Source of the DNA: Octopus vulgaris
Lineage: Eukaryota
Assembly: GCA_951406725.2 (NCBI GenBank)
Contig: OX597819.1
Coordinates: forward strand, 99,758,001 to 99,822,000
DNA length: 64,000 nucleotides
Direction: 5' to 3'
Within the stretch, counting starts at the first letter, position 1; each line of letters starts with the position of its first letter. Made by a program: the position numbers and the translations under genes. Positions 40,146-53,696 of the stretch are shown in pieces. The notes beneath the pieces were generated by a model. The model had not been told where the DNA came from and did no database searches. It was given only the letters and a program-made list of their open reading frames with translations.

Positions 40146-40649
40146 AATAACCTTTGCATTTGATTTTTTAATGTTTCTACCCTCATACTTTCGTGAGTTG
40201 AATTGAGCAAACACTATATGAGAGAGATTTTCTTTAAGTATTGGAAATAGTTTTAAAAAAGTTTTTTTAGCTGCTATTTCTAATGAGTTCAGTATGCGGC
40301 AAAGTAATTTATTTTACTAAGCCCTTTTATATAATGTAATAATTTTAATTCGCCTTAAATGGTCCCTTTGCATACTGAATACTTGGTGAAATTGATTAAT
40401 TAATTAATTTTACCCTCAATTGTTGAAATTATAATTCATCTCTCTCTATTTAATGCCTCGGATTTTACCGAAAAAAGCATGTTGTTTGCTGATTTTAACC
40501 CACGCTGGTGGAAGGGGAGAGCAGAAATTCTTCGCTTGCATATTTGAATTTGCTGGCACTGTTAGTTTCGAGTAGATCTTCAGAGGCGATGGGAAGCCGA
40601 AAAGGTATGCTCCTACTTTCAGTGTTTTCAAATCCAAACCAGGGAGTTC

Positions 40650-40702
40650 TGAGCTGATGATAGAAGTGTCGATTTTGACTAATCTTGAAACGTACGTTCT
40701 CA
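40650..40702 (+). ncRNA. hammerhead ribozyme, array copy 6
   Basis: Same motif as copy 5. Confidence 0.85.
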
Positions 40703-41207
40703 AATAACCTTTGCATTTGATTTTTTAATGTTTCTACCCTCATACTTTCGTGAGTTGAATTGAGCAAACACTATATGAGAGAGATTTTCTTTAAGTATTG
40801 GAAATAGTTTTAAAAAAGTTTTTTTAGCTGCTATTTCTAATGAGTTCAGTATGCGGCAAAGTAATTTATTTTACTAAGCCCTTTTATATAATGTAATAAT
40901 TTGAATTCGCCTTAAATGGTCCCTTTGCATACTGAATACTTGGTGAAATTGATTAATTAATTAATTTTACCCTCAATTGTTGAAATTATAATTCATCTCT
41001 CTCTATTTAATGCCTCGGATTTTACCGAAAAAAAGCATGTTGTTTGCTGATTTTAACCCACGCTGGTGGAAAGGGGAGAGCAGAAATTCTTCGCTTGCAC
41101 ATTTGAATTTGATGGCAATGTTAGTTTCAGTAGATCTTCAGAGGCGATGGGAAGCCGAAAAGGTATGCTCCTACTTTCAGTGTTTTCAAATCCAAACCAG
41201 GGAGTTC

Positions 41208-41260
41208 TGAGCTGATGATAGAAGTGTCGATTTTGACTAATCTTGAAACGTACGTTCTCA
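41208..41260 (+). ncRNA. hammerhead ribozyme, array copy 7
   Basis: Same motif as copy 5. Confidence 0.85.
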
Positions 41261-41765
41261 AATAACCTTTGCATTTGATTTTTTAATGTTTCTACCCTCA
41301 TACTTTCGTGAGTTGAATTGAGCAAACACTATATGAGAGAGATTTTCTTTAAGTATTGGAAATAGTTTTAAAAAGTTTTTTTAGCTGCTATTTCTAATGA
41401 GTTCAGTATGCGGCAAAGTAATTTATTTTACTAAGCCCTTTTATATAATGTAATAATTTGAATTCGCCTTAAATGGTCCCTTTGCATACTGAATACTTGG
41501 TGAAATTGATTAATTAATTAATTTTACCCTCAATTGTTGAAATTATAATTCATCTCTCTCTATTTAATGCCTCGGATTTTACCGAAAAAAAGCATGTTGT
41601 TTGCTGATTTTAACCCACGCTGGTGGAAGGGGGAGAGCAGAAATTCTTCGCTTGCACATTTGAATTTGCTGGCACTGTTAGTTTCGAGTAGATCTTCAGA
41701 GGCGATGGGAAGCCGAAAAGGTATGCTCCTACTTTCAGTGTTTTCAAATCCAAACCAGGGAGTTC

Positions 41766-41818
41766 TGAGCTGATGATAGAAGTGTCGATTTTGACTAATC
41801 TTGAAACGTACGTTCTCA
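41766..41818 (+). ncRNA. hammerhead ribozyme, array copy 8
   Basis: Same motif as copy 5. Confidence 0.85.
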
Positions 41819-42635
41819 AATAACCTTTGCATTTGATTTTTTAATGTTTCTACCCTCATACTTTCGTGAGTTGAATTGAGCAAACACTATATGAGAGAGA
41901 TTTTCTTTAAGTATTGGAAATAGTTTTAAAAAAGTTTTTTTAGCTGCTATTTCTAATGAGTTCAGTATGCGGCAAAGTAATTTATTTTACTAAGCCCTTT
42001 TATATAATGTAATAATTTGAATTCGCCTTAAATGGTCCCTTTGCATACTGAATACTTGGTGAAATTGATTAATTAATTAATTTTACCCTCAATTGTTGAA
42101 ATATATATATATATATATATACTCAAACCAACACATGTTGGTTGATAATTTAGCTTGCTTAAATTATCGTGTATATATGTGCATACGTGTGCGCCGCCAG
42201 ATATGCTTACGTGCGTTAATGTGCGCACGTGTGTATGCATGTGTATTGGGGATGAGTGGGGGTTGAAGGCATGTGTATTCTTGTAAGGCGAGCTAGTGTG
42301 AATGCGATTGATTTTATTACACTTACCATCAACACCACATTTAAGAGAGACATCCCTGTGTACATCAACACAATCACCACCACCGTCGCTGCCACTACTA
42401 CTACTGCTACTCGTAAGCAATGAAATTGCGATGGTGCCTTTTCAGTAAATATTGACTATGTTATGTAACAACTGTGTGAACGATCACTTACATAATTGGT
42501 GAAAACTAAATATATCCCTCATTTGAGCAATCATTACTTTCTCTATCTCTAAATATAATCACAACCATATGTGTGTGTGTGTGTGTGTATGTATATATAC
42601 ATATACGCACACACACACACACATGTATATGTATG

Positions 42636-42673
<38 letters not shown>

Positions 42674-42719
42674 TGTATATTCGTATATATACATATACGT
42701 GTGTATCTATCTATCTATT

Positions 42720-42781
<62 letters not shown>

Positions 42782-42785
<4 letters not shown>

Positions 42786-42985
42786 ATCCAAACATGAAAA
42801 CACAAAAAGAAAACGCGAGAACGTGGAACAAGTATAGTGTTATTGGATGCTCAGGGAAGGAAAGAAAGAAGGACGATATAACGTTTCGAGCGGAGCTCTT
42901 CCTCAGAAACATAGAAGAAGGAAAGGTCCAAAGAAGGGAAGACGGAGGAAAAAATCGCCACCGATACACAGGCGGTCACATATTG
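42782..42985 (-). mobile_element. short HHR-bearing element ending in (TA)n
   Basis: Minus strand reads ttt-CTGAGGA-a-gagc-tcc-gctc-GAAA-cg-t-t (~42878-42909). Homologous to 35186-35385. Confidence 0.7.
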
Positions 42986-42989
42986 AATG

Positions 42990-43022
<33 letters not shown>

Positions 43023-43192
43023 TGTATGTATGTATGTATGTATGTATGTATGCATGTCTGTATGTATGTATATATCACCGTGATCACCGTGACCGACCAG
43101 GCTATCACATGATGTTACATATCACGGGTCACAATGCGCTTCGCATTGTTTTAGCCTTCAAATGACGCCACCTCACTGGCTAAGCTAGCTGG

Positions 43193-43269
<77 letters not shown>

Positions 43270-43467
43270 TATATGATGGACTCTCCCATCGGTATCCACG
43301 TATTAGGCTCCGACAACGTACTTTTTCTTTGTCTGTCAGAATGCTTATGTCGAATGTGACATTTAAGACCCGCCACTCATTTGCAAACAAAGCTACAAAT
43401 GTTACAAGTTTGAGGATTACAGGTCAGTGTAGGTGGTATATTAGCAGCCGCTTTATATGCATGTATA

Positions 43468-43501
<34 letters not shown>

Positions 43502-43502
43502 C

Positions 43503-43562
<60 letters not shown>

Positions 43563-43564
<2 letters not shown>

Positions 43565-43778
43565 CAGAGTATGCATGTAAATGCGAAACAAGGTTGACAA
43601 ATTGTACCCGAATACCCGAAGGAAAAGAATACCCTATATCAAAAAGCAGCAAAAATATCATAAAAAGTGTCGCTCAGAATTTGACGGTCCTTGTCGTCGG
43701 ACAGTTTCCTGTCCGACGAACGAGAACGTGAGACTCTGAGTATTAGCTTTGTGATATTTTTGCTGCTTTTTAATATAG
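43563..43778. mobile_element. fold-back copy of a short HHR element family
   Basis: 43634-43704 is an inverted match of 43709-43778, and the left arm extends to 43563 at (TA)n. The right arm reads ctgt-CCGACGA-acg-agaa-cgt-GAGA-ctctgag-ta. Homologous to 50097-50245. Confidence 0.75.
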
Positions 43779-44012
43779 TATATATATAAAAATAAAGTCT
43801 TTGCTACCCTTGCGGCACCTGTCAGAGGGAGTGTTTGTCCAGGATAGTACTATACAGCCACAGCAGAAAATGTATTAGGATATGAAATGTAAAAGCCGGA
43901 CTAGATTATTTTATGCGCAACTCCATTGTCTCCCGAGACAAAAAGAATGCCAACAGAGACAAAAAGAATGCCAACAACATCAATATATATATATATATAT
44001 ATATATATGCAT

Positions 44013-44069
<57 letters not shown>

Positions 44070-44203
44070 TATGTATATATGTACACATACACGTCGTAAA
44101 CTCACAGGGAATTGCTATTTATTGGGTGAGAAAGAGAAAGAGAGATAGGGTGTGTGTGTGCGTGTATGTGTGGCCGTGTGTGTGTGTGTGTGTGTGCGCG
44201 CGC

Positions 44204-44298
44204 GCGCATACATGTGAGCGAGTGCATACATGTGAGCGAGCGCATACATGTGAGCGAGCGCATACATGTGAGCGAGCGCATACATGTGAGCGAGCGCA
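44204..44298. repeat. 18-bp minisatellite (gcgcatacatgtgagcga) x ~5
   Basis: Directly visible in the sequence. Confidence 0.9.
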
Positions 44299-46575
44299 AG
44301 CTTCTTATCAGACACCCACTCCTGCACCTATATATACATATATATATATTATCAACCATATATACTTAACGCACACGATTCACGTATTTCCCGGTAAGCT
44401 GCTGATCGTTGGTGGAGAAATCTCGGGTGTTAAAAACGTTAGTCATGGACAGACGAGATAACTCATCCTCCGCCCAATCTATGAGTGATGGACATTGATA
44501 TTTCGCCATTTTTGGTGCTTGTTAGCATCACGTAGCCGATCACAATCAGAGATGGATCACTTCGCCAGTCCACGACCTATATGCTCATGGCATGCAAAAC
44601 CATGCGCGGGTATTCCCGGACAATGCATACATAAAAATGAATTCAATACAAAACTATTCTAGAAGACCAGAATTAGTGGATCGAACTCGGAATAAATTGT
44701 TTGCAAGGGGTGTCATTCTATGAAGTACTGTATGTATAATTTGCAGTATAGAATGGGAGTCGACCACTTCTGTTAATACTATTATTCGTTGTACATAGCA
44801 AAATATGAAATATTGAGCTTTGATGGGTAAATCAGAAACTTAACATTAGCAGATTAATCATGTATAGTGAAGGGAAATTCCCACTATATTTATCGCTTAA
44901 TCAAAAGAGAAAGGCAGCTCTCGCGACCTTTTTATAGGTTTTCCTAGACTGGACGGAGACAAGGAGGAAAGTAGTTATGTAAATCTCCAGCATAACCAGA
45001 AAACTTGCAACAGAATGGACCTCGCTAAAATGCTTCAGAGTGCCGGTCAGTGGTGTTAAGCCAAAGCACAGATTAAATCTACCACCCTAGCAGGTCATGT
45101 CGCGTGTTGATCACACAACTCAAATTGTCGGAATATCGTACGACTTACATATCCTCCAGTTCAAGACTTGGGCTAGTGACTTTTTCTCGACCCTTGTAGT
45201 AGTAAATGCAAATTTGACTGCTGACTGATTTGAACTCAAATCACAAACTCGGAAAAAAGTCACGAATGTCATACTCATGCCTCTCCCATATGTGTTGGTA
45301 GCATAATATCTTAAGTTACATTCAGCCAGAGATTGAAAGTACACCGTTATATAGAGTTGCCAGGAGTTTTGACTTTGTTTGCTTGGCTCTACATCAGAAT
45401 ATTATTAACCAGCGTTGATTCTAAAATCACGAAGGGAAAAGGATCAACGTGTGAAAATCAGGATGAAGGATGTGAAAAAAGTGTGAAAACAGGAGACTGA
45501 TGGAAAGAATAAAAACGCCAAAGCTTTGAATAAAACATCGATATTTTGAAATAGAACTGTTAAAATATCTCTTCTGATCAATTCAGTTGAATCAGAGTTT
45601 TAGGTGAAGAAGCATTAACTATTCATTGTCAGGACATTCAGTGGACTGCATGAAAGTGCTTTTATTGTTTTCATTTTTTCTTTCATTTATTTTAACAATG
45701 TATTATTGAATAATTGAATTATTGAATGGATGGTGACTGCATGAAATAATTTGGGTAGGTTTATTTTTATACGCGTTCAGTTATGGAAAGAGGGGAAAAC
45801 AAAAACCATATTAACCACCATCACCACCACCACCACCACCATAACAACAACAGCAACAACAATATCAGAAAAAAATACGGCTGGTGACAGAATTAAGAGA
45901 ACGAGTAGAATAACATCAACATCAAGTACAACAACAACAACAAGACTCAAAATCAGCAGTAACAACATGAACAGGCACTCGATGAAAATAATCATAAGAA
46001 AAAACAAGACCGGATCGATAGCAACAACTACATCAATAACAGCAAGAACAACATGGTTTGTAACTGCGACGACAGCAATGGCCATAATAGCAAAGAGAAA
46101 ACTATAAAAGCGACAGAGTTAACTCAACATTACCAGCAACAGAAATACGCATATACATGGCATCAACAAAACATATACATATCAACACTATCAAAGTCAA
46201 AACAAATGTATGAACGACAAGGACAAGTGGAGTTGTAAAACTAACAGCAATAAGATTTAATTCAACTTCGAAAAAATACGAATGATTTCACGCAAATGTT
46301 CCTATAAGTTTTAAGGAAAGCAATTGAAGGACATCTATGTATTGAAAGCAGATCGTATCGTCGGCTTTCTCAATTTGTTTTCCGACGGAAATTACTTCTA
46401 TTATATTACAAAAGACGGCGATATTATAAAAAAATCATAATTAGTTTTTCGTAACTATGCATGATAAATTCTGGAGACAATGTTGTGAATAAATCAATGC
46501 ATTATATAATATATACATCTCTAATCTGCAAAGCTGGCCTTGTATCTAAGAAACGTAAACATACATGCACACATG

Positions 46576-46577
<2 letters not shown>

Positions 46578-46660
<83 letters not shown>

Positions 46661-46661
46661 G

Positions 46662-46694
<33 letters not shown>

Positions 46695-46771
46695 GTATGT
46701 ATATATATATATATGTATGTATATATATATATGTATGTATGTATATATATATATGTATGTATGTATGTATG

Positions 46772-46820
<49 letters not shown>

Positions 46821-46879
46821 ATGTATATATATATATGTATGTATATATATATATATATACATATATACATATATGTATG

Positions 46880-46910
<31 letters not shown>

Positions 46911-46972
46911 GTATGTATTTATGTGTGTATGTATCTCTCTCTCTATCTATCTGTATATATATATATATATAC
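46578..46972. repeat. (TA)/(TATG) microsatellite
   Basis: Directly visible in the sequence. Confidence 0.95.
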
Positions 46973-47775
46973 TACTAATATGGGATAAAAATTTTCATCA
47001 AAAGTGACAGCATATTAAAATACCTTTAAAGGTTAAAATTATATATATATATTTATATATATATGATGGCTTCACTCAAATTCACATTACTTAAAGTTTC
47101 GTGGGCGTGTAAGATACGTCCACCTCTTCAAATATTCGGAGGTAGCCTTCATATAGTTTGTAGGTGTTTACGCCTCTATTGGTCAGCTCCGACCATGTGA
47201 CTGTAATACTATCAAACGGACATAATTTTATTTTATTTACTTTTAGGTCCACATGTTGCGGACAGGTTGTTGGTATGACGCTATCGTCAATTTTATGGCA
47301 GACTGGAAGGTGGTAATTCATGTGACAGCAGTCTTTTTCTCATATATTAGGTAAGATGCTGGTACCAGTCATTCGAGTGGAGACTGAAACGAAACTGAGA
47401 TCGCTGGCCTCGTTGAGCTTCTCTATCACGGTTACCCAGAGAAACGCACACTCCTCGTAGTTCAGAACTACGGGCTTGAGTAAAAGCATCATCGTTTACG
47501 TTATTATGTAATTAATTAACTTAGGTTATTATTTTAGATATGACCAATTATCTATTTCCTCGGGAGAAAAGGATAAACAATAGAAATTAAGATAACAATG
47601 CTGTTTTAGTTATTTGATATTTATATAGGACATAAATTATTATATGCTATTTTCATGCAAGTTTATTTCATGTGTATATATTTGCATTGTAACATTCTTT
47701 AACGATACTTTTTATAACTAAGCTCTTAAATTCTCTGGTCACATTGTATAATGTGAACACATCAATCAAGTGTGG

Positions 47776-47808
<33 letters not shown>

Positions 47809-48451
47809 TGTACGTGTGCGAGCAGTGCGTGGATGTGTGTGTGGGTAAGAGAGAGAGTGATAGAGAGAGAATAGTGAAATCTCTTCAACCCTGCGAGACC
47901 ACGTACTCCTCCTTCAAATCGTAGCATTCCTTGCCAGTCTATCAGTGTAAGCGAAATTGGTACCAATGTGCACCACTCATGATTATCCAGCACATCTCTA
48001 GTGCTTTAACTTGTTAAACTATGTTATACGTTACACCCCCATATCTCAGGACGGCGTTATTTCTCATAACTAGCAGATGTTTCCTCGCTGATCTCGTTCT
48101 AGTCTCACGGTTATAGCTATTTCAGCCAATGGTTATAGCCATTTCAGAAGCAAATTTTGATTCTTTAAGCTACTAATATCAATATGTGAATCCACGATAT
48201 GTCATAGTGAGTACTATCCTTCATATCAAAAGAGTGTATTCTACTAACTTTAGTTAATTAACGTCAGAAGATATTGAATATGAATTCAGCGAAGTCACAG
48301 TCTCAGAATTGACGTTAAAATGTGGTCTATGTGTGTATGTACGTCTGTATGTGCATCTATGTATACATTGTATATACACACACGTAGATAAATAGATAGA
48401 TATATAAATATGTGTATAAACATGTATATCTATCTATATATATATATCTAT

Positions 48452-48545
48452 TTTTTTTCTCCCCAAAAAGAAAAACTCTACTTTGTAATTTGTCCCGTTT
48501 GTGTTCAGCCCTGTGTGGCTAATAAAGAAACATATCTATCTATCA
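48452..48545 (+). mobile_element. extreme 3' end of the same Tx1-like LINE
   Basis: Matches 23470-23553 (aaagaaaa.ctctac.ttgtaatttgtccc...ccctgtgtggc.aataaagaaa) and is followed by tatctatctatc. Confidence 0.8.
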
Positions 48546-48610
48546 ATCTTTCTATTTATCGCTCTACCCCTTCTCTCTCTCTCTGTATGTATGTATATAT
48601 ATATATATAC

Positions 48611-48661
<51 letters not shown>

Positions 48662-48889
48662 AATATGTATACTTACATAAGCGTAAGTACTGCTACTCTG
48701 TGAATGATATCGATATAGATGTGTCTGTATTATGGTGCGAACTGTGTTAGATATTCGTGTGTCTACATGATAGTCACTGTTCCCATTCTATCGCGTCTCT
48801 GTCTCTCCCTTTTCTCTCCCTCCCTTTCTTTCGCTCTCTCTCTTGCTCTCCCACTCTCTTTTTTGCTATCTCTGTCTCTCTCTCTGTAC

Positions 48890-48924
<35 letters not shown>

Positions 48925-49072
48925 GAGAGAGAGAGAGAAAGAAAGAGTTAAGTTTGCATGTATGTAAATATTTATATATGTATATATATGTATGTAAGTG
49001 TGTGTGTTCGTGTAGGTATATATGTGCATGTACATTCAAATCTTCGTACATACATATATATAACGTATGTAC

Positions 49073-49108
<36 letters not shown>

Positions 49109-49961
49109 ATACGCATGCATGCATACAAACATACACATATTTACATCTTAGTTATATATGTGAGATGTGGGTGTATGTAGGCGGATGTGAGTTGTATACA
49201 GTTACATTAAATGACATAAACAAATCACAGAAGGCAGCAGAACAGAGCTCAGTGTCATGGCTGCCACTCAGCTAATGGCTGATCAAACGGGCATGCTACT
49301 AATTTAATAAACAGTTTACTTAATTACCTGGTTCCTATAGAAACAAGCCGACATCTTTTTTTTTTATTGCTGCTCGTCAGTGAAGACTAATTTGATGTAG
49401 TGACTACAGAGATGGCTTTATCGTTTTTATATTTTAGGAGTTCGAGGGAAATGGCTCTAGTGCTTAGAGATGTTGTGTGGTATGTTGTGTACTACTGTTC
49501 TCGAATGTTCAATTGTACAGTGAGAGAGGTGGGGGACACATACACAAATACACTCACACATACATACACGTACAGAATGACACAAAACCTAACTTACGCA
49601 AGTACTAACATTTAGAGACATAACCACATATTCATGTATAGGTTAGAGGGTATGAGAGAGACTTAAAAGAGAGACGTTAGAAAGCCATAGAAAACCATCT
49701 AGACACCCCATTTCGCATACATGTATAGCCATAAATATATGCATACATAGAAAGAGGCACACGCAGGCGCGTGCAAATTCGTAGACAGGTGGATGCTGGA
49801 AGCAACATAATAGAGGGAGTAAAAATAGACTTTGTTCTGGCTATTTCTGTACGAGGACAAATTGGAGATTATTCCACGGAACCCGAATAGTAAACATCCA
49901 ACTATTGATGAGAGATATAGTATGATGTGAATATCTATTTATCTGTCTATCTGTCTATTTA

Positions 49962-50245
<284 letters not shown>

Positions 50246-50627
50246 TAAAATAGAACACAAATAACTATATGGTCAAAACTAGTTCAAGGACACACCTTTA
50301 AAAAATGGATTTGTTTCATTGGTCCTTTCAAATAACGGTCTTAAGCATGCGATGAACAAAATAAACAAAACATATATCTGTCTGTCTGTTTGTCTGTTTT
50401 CTAACAGACTAATACCTTGCCCGCCTCTTCTTCCCTATATGCATTTAGAGTTAGTGTGTTGTAAAAAGTGTATTCTACTATTGCCGCAGGCCACTGAAAG
50501 TTTGGTGAGTGGATTCGGTAAACGGTACCTGAAATGAACCTATAGTATATATATAAATGTGCATATAAATATATAATTGAAAAAAAATGGAGTCAACGAG
50601 GAGTACAGTTGGACATTTATTTTCAAT

Positions 50628-50730
50628 CACTACAATTGTTTCTACGCAACGTAGTTCTCCTGGCGTGCAGGTACTTGAATATGCAACCGTTTCCCAGCAT
50701 TGTGAGATCTAGTTGTGTTTCCTCAGGCTG
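50628..50730 (-). ncRNA. hammerhead motif with long stem II
   Basis: agc-CTGAGGA-aacac...tgcgta-GAAA-caattg-T-A-gtg. Stem III is the palindrome ACAATTGT; stem I is weak. Confidence 0.5.
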
Positions 50731-50836
50731 TATGTAAATATTGCTTCCGTAAATTCAAATTCTCGGCTCCAAGAGTATCCTCTCTGTTTGTTGTGGCCTG
50801 CAGTAAGTAGTGGACCACTGAGTTTATCACAATATA

Positions 50837-52570
50837 TCTCTTATTATAAAAGGCAGATTTTATCTGCCTCCCTTTGGGAGTTATAGAAATCTACAATATA
50901 GGATTTCTTCAATTACAATTTACCTACCATTTTTAAGAGTACAATGCATCGCGTCATGCCAGGTCCAGTTTTTAAAATTTAAACTCCAATTAAGCAAAAT
51001 TTACAGAAAACTCACATTCTGGTGTGTGTGTCAAATGCTTTTCTTAGTCTGGTTTACACCACACGCAAACGCACACACACAGTGTGCAACGAATAAAATG
51101 AAAGTAAATAGCGACAGAGTGATTTGAGGAAGACTAAACTGAAAGTATTTAAACCACTACTCAAAAAAATAAAAAAACACAGCAAACAGAAACAAATAAA
51201 TACATAACCATTTACTCCTCACACAATTTCTTCAATTACAATTTACCTAAGATTTTTCAGAGTACTTCAGTGGGTGATGCCATAAAAAATTTCTTTCAAT
51301 TTTACCACCAATTAAGACAAAATTCAAGAAAACTCAATATTTTAACATATCACTCCGAAAGCATTGATGTACATGTGTGCGTGCGTGAGTGTGTGTGTGT
51401 CATTTCTCACACACATGCATGCACATACATATACAACTACATACAACTACATACACATACAACTACATACAAACACGTGTGTGTTTGTTATTAGTAAAAA
51501 AGGCGCCAAAACTCAACTCACTTATCATTCCAACACATTTGCAAAGACACACGGACGGACAGAAAAGGTAAATTGGTTTTTATTTTACTCTGTATATATT
51601 TTATTATATAATATTATATATAGATATATGTATATATAATTGCAGTATGAAACAGTGTTAATGTATAAACAGACGACACTTATATATAGTTACCAAGCCG
51701 CCCGAATTTACCTATTCATATTTAAATGAGAATATCAGAGCAAATCTCTTTAGTACATTCGTGAAAACACGTATTAAACTTCGTAAACACTTCAACTACA
51801 GTTTTGTACAAAAATCAAAGTGTAATTTTAATTCCGTGAATTATGGGAGATTTTTTTCCGAAATTTGTTCCTATTGTGTTTTCAAAATTTGTAATTCTGA
51901 CAAAAAATGGATACGAATTTCATTATATCAAGCAGCGAGTCAGAATTCGAAGGATTTTCTACTGAAGACCTTCATAAATCTAACTCTATGACTGAAAAAA
52001 AAAAGCATCTTTATATAAGAGTGAAGTTGTGTGTCTGTCTCCTACGATTTAGATTCCTAACTACTCCCACATTTTGCGGTGCAGTTTAACCAAAACCGGG
52101 TATCTTATAGTCGTGATTCATATCGAGCCCTTCTGGGTATTAGCGTGCGTCTACGATGAGTCTACGATTTAAAAAATTTACCATCATATTTTTCCATTTT
52201 AATGCATTTTTTTCGCTTTTATATAAGGGAAGTAACTCTCTAAAAATATCTACGATGTGTCAACGATTAAAATAAAAATTTACCTTAATTTTTTTTAAAT
52301 TTTTAATGCATTTTTTTGCTATTTTTTGGCTATAATTCTCTAAAAATGCTTATATAGTTATTTCCCGCTTTTCTTAGTCTGGTTTACAGCACACGCAAAC
52401 GCACACACACACTGTGTAACGAATAAAGTGAAACTAGATGTAATATTTGTTTCTGTCTATCACGCTGATAGATACATGAGTAAAATGTATGGGAAGCTAA
52501 CAAATAAGAGTGAGTGAAAATGTTCTTGGAAGAGAGTAAATAGCGAGACAGAGTGATTTGAGGAAGACTT
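50837..52570 (+). mobile_element. composite non-autonomous Helitron-like region lacking a 3' terminus
   Basis: TC..TATAA-type 5' ends near 50837 and 52008. 52008-52365 is homologous to 53697-54296. Internal duplications include 51038-51100 with 52368-52430 and 51225-51250 with 50903-50930. Confidence 0.6.
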
Positions 52571-52680
52571 TACATTAAATAACCGTAGTGGCTTGTGTTA
52601 GTAATAAAGTAAACATACACTCATACATACATACATACATACATACATACATACATACATACATACATACATACATACAT

Positions 52681-52720
<40 letters not shown>

Positions 52721-52757
52721 ACATACATACACACACATACATACATACATACATACA

Positions 52758-52789
<32 letters not shown>

Positions 52790-53252
52790 CATACATACAT
52801 ACATAAACACACACACACATACACACACACACAGTATTGAAGCTTGAGAACAATCAGATACATTTGCAACACATCTGTTGAAAATATTATTGTTCACACA
52901 CATACATATACATATATACATACAGACAGACAGACAGATAGACACACACACACACATGATCCAGCATGGCCACAACCTCAAGGCTGAAACATATAAAAGA
53001 ATAACAGAATATAAATGTGTGCATGTGTGTGAGAGAGAGAGTGTGTGTGTATATGTATGTATGTATGTATGTATGTATATATATATAATAATGCGGTTTT
53101 TTCAACAGCTTGAACTAAAAGTCAGAGGGGAATGGGATAAACTACTTATATTAACTTGCTATAAAAGCAGGTAGTAATTTTATCTTGTCCTTATTCATAG
53201 TGCAAGTTTTGAAGAGTGCATTTCGATTTTAACAGCTATTTTTTTCAAAGAT

Positions 53253-53675
53253 ATGTTGGAAGTAACAAAGGAGCATATTTGGCATATTTTGCTTTATGAG
53301 TTCAATAAAGACAACAACGCAGCGGAAAGTACAAGAAATATTAATGCAGTATATGGGGATTGGACAATAAGCGTAAGGCAGTGTCAATGGTGGTTCCAGA
53401 AATTCCGAGCCATAAACTACAGCCTAGAAGACGAGCCTCATCCTGAAAGATCTGTAGAACTCGACAAGGACATCCTGAAAACCCTGGTGGAACAAAATCT
53501 CATCGTAACTGTTGAGGAACTAGCAGAGAAGTTTGGATTTGGTCATTCAACCATTCATTGAGACCTGTGTGCTATCGGAAAAGTCAGCAAATTGGGTCAA
53601 TGGGTTCCTCACGAACTTTCCGAGTCTAATTGCATGCAGAGAGTGAATGTATGCTTTTCTTTGCTGTCACATCTC
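53253..53675 (+). pseudogene. mariner transposase N-terminal fragment
   Basis: MLEVTKEHIWHILLYEF...INAVYG...QWWFQKFRA.NYSLEDEP (HTH). After the stop at 53561 the frame continues into KLGQWVPHELSE, the mariner WVPHEL motif. Confidence 0.88.
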
Positions 53676-53696
53676 ACCACTACTGCGCTATGTATA

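Larger units (their letters stand above)
37684..42100. repeat. palindromic tandem array of ~558-bp HHR-containing units (retrozyme-like)
   Basis: Four direct units at 37684-39911 (period 557-559), then about four inverted units at 39912-42100. Copies differ only by a few SNPs and homopolymer indels. (TA)n lies on both flanks. Confidence 0.95.

Noticed and set aside
37806-41883. Repeated 69-107 aa ORFs in the array units
   Set aside because: Mostly TTG starts, no recognisable domain, and C-termini change with homopolymer indels between copies. They recur only because the DNA is repeated.
37684-42100. CRISPR array or pure assembly artefact
   Set aside because: There are no unique spacers and the context is eukaryotic. 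An artefact is less likely given the asymmetric arms and unit-specific SNPs, but it is not excluded without reads.
45751-46107. Thr-rich 118-aa ORF, and a GAT-rich tract at 20965-21135
   Set aside because: Degenerate trinucleotide repeats with no splice or domain support.
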